NCBI RefSeq assembly: GCF_003704095.1
Contig: NW_020846532.1
Location: 186,001 to 250,000, forward strand
Source: Pocillopora damicornis
Lineage: Eukaryota
Direction: 5' to 3'
DNA length: 64,000 nt
The notes under the pieces are model-generated. The model was not told the origin of the DNA. It saw nothing but the letters and a program-made list of their open reading frames with translations, and made no database searches. Below are positions 63,414 to 64,000 of the stretch, piece by piece. Every line of letters starts with the position of its first letter. The stretch's first letter is position 1. Both the position numbers and the translations under genes were made by a program.

Positions 63414-64000
63414 ATATTTTTCCGACACACTTTTTACAGTTGATACTTTCTTTATTCCTTTCTATTACACAATTTACTGCCCTAGGAACTAGCTGACAGA
63501 TCTGAGTGAAAATGCTGGTCACCAGCTAATAAAGGCGACAATCAGCAAGCTGTAAATAATTTGACCAACATCACTATTCCTCGCTTTACTGGCGAATCAA
63601 GTCAAGTTATGGGAAACAGTTCCTGCATACTAAACGTATACCTTCGATTTGTTGACTCTTTTCAAAACGACATTATAGTGTATGCCAGGATATGCAAAGA
63701 TGATTATGGAATATAGCTAGGAGAGAGTACGTGAGTCGAGAAGTTTAGGATGGCGATGCCTTGTTCGGTTGTTGTAATCCGGTTCAATCCGTAGGTTGAA
63801 TGCGTATATTGAGACTCTACAGACATTCTACCTAAAATTCCATACGTTTGCGGTTAAGATCGGCCAAAACTAAACGAGATTGACAATATTAAAATTCTAA
63901 TGATCTTATTGACAGAATTAGAATCATATTTTAAAAGATATCCTAAGAGAAAATAGCCTTCGAAGACTGTTACTTAACGACAGAATAAACAAAATTTGGA

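Overview
Eukaryotic, AT-rich, intron-containing animal DNA. The repeat families and gene set suggest a cnidarian, probably a stony coral (inference). Genes reconstructed by hand from splice sites and frame continuity: (1) the 5' half (7 coding exons) of a receptor guanylyl cyclase / natriuretic-peptide-receptor-like gene on the minus strand, running off the left edge; (2) a ~19 kb stretch with no recognisable CDS; (3) FDXR (minus, 16 exons, one GC-AG intron) head-to-head with (4) GPN1 (plus, 5 exons); (5) IQCD/DRC10 (plus, 4 exons); (6,7) two convergent inward-rectifier K+ channel paralogs with different rectification/pore residues; (8) a truncated FEM1-like ankyrin ORF. Most short ORFs in the track are non-coding noise or single exons. 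The most unusual non-genic features are short insertions carrying minimal hammerhead-ribozyme cores (one intact, palindromic and bounded by a perfect 15-bp target-site duplication), a 2.3 kb fold-back structure built from a 15-bp minisatellite plus ~350-bp inverted arms, a tandem tRNA-derived repeat, and many piggyBac-type MITEs confined to CpG-depleted gene bodies. There are two assembly gaps. No CRISPR, rRNA or intact tRNA was found. I cannot claim a wholly new biological system. The best leads are the ribozyme-bearing elements and the fold-back structure.
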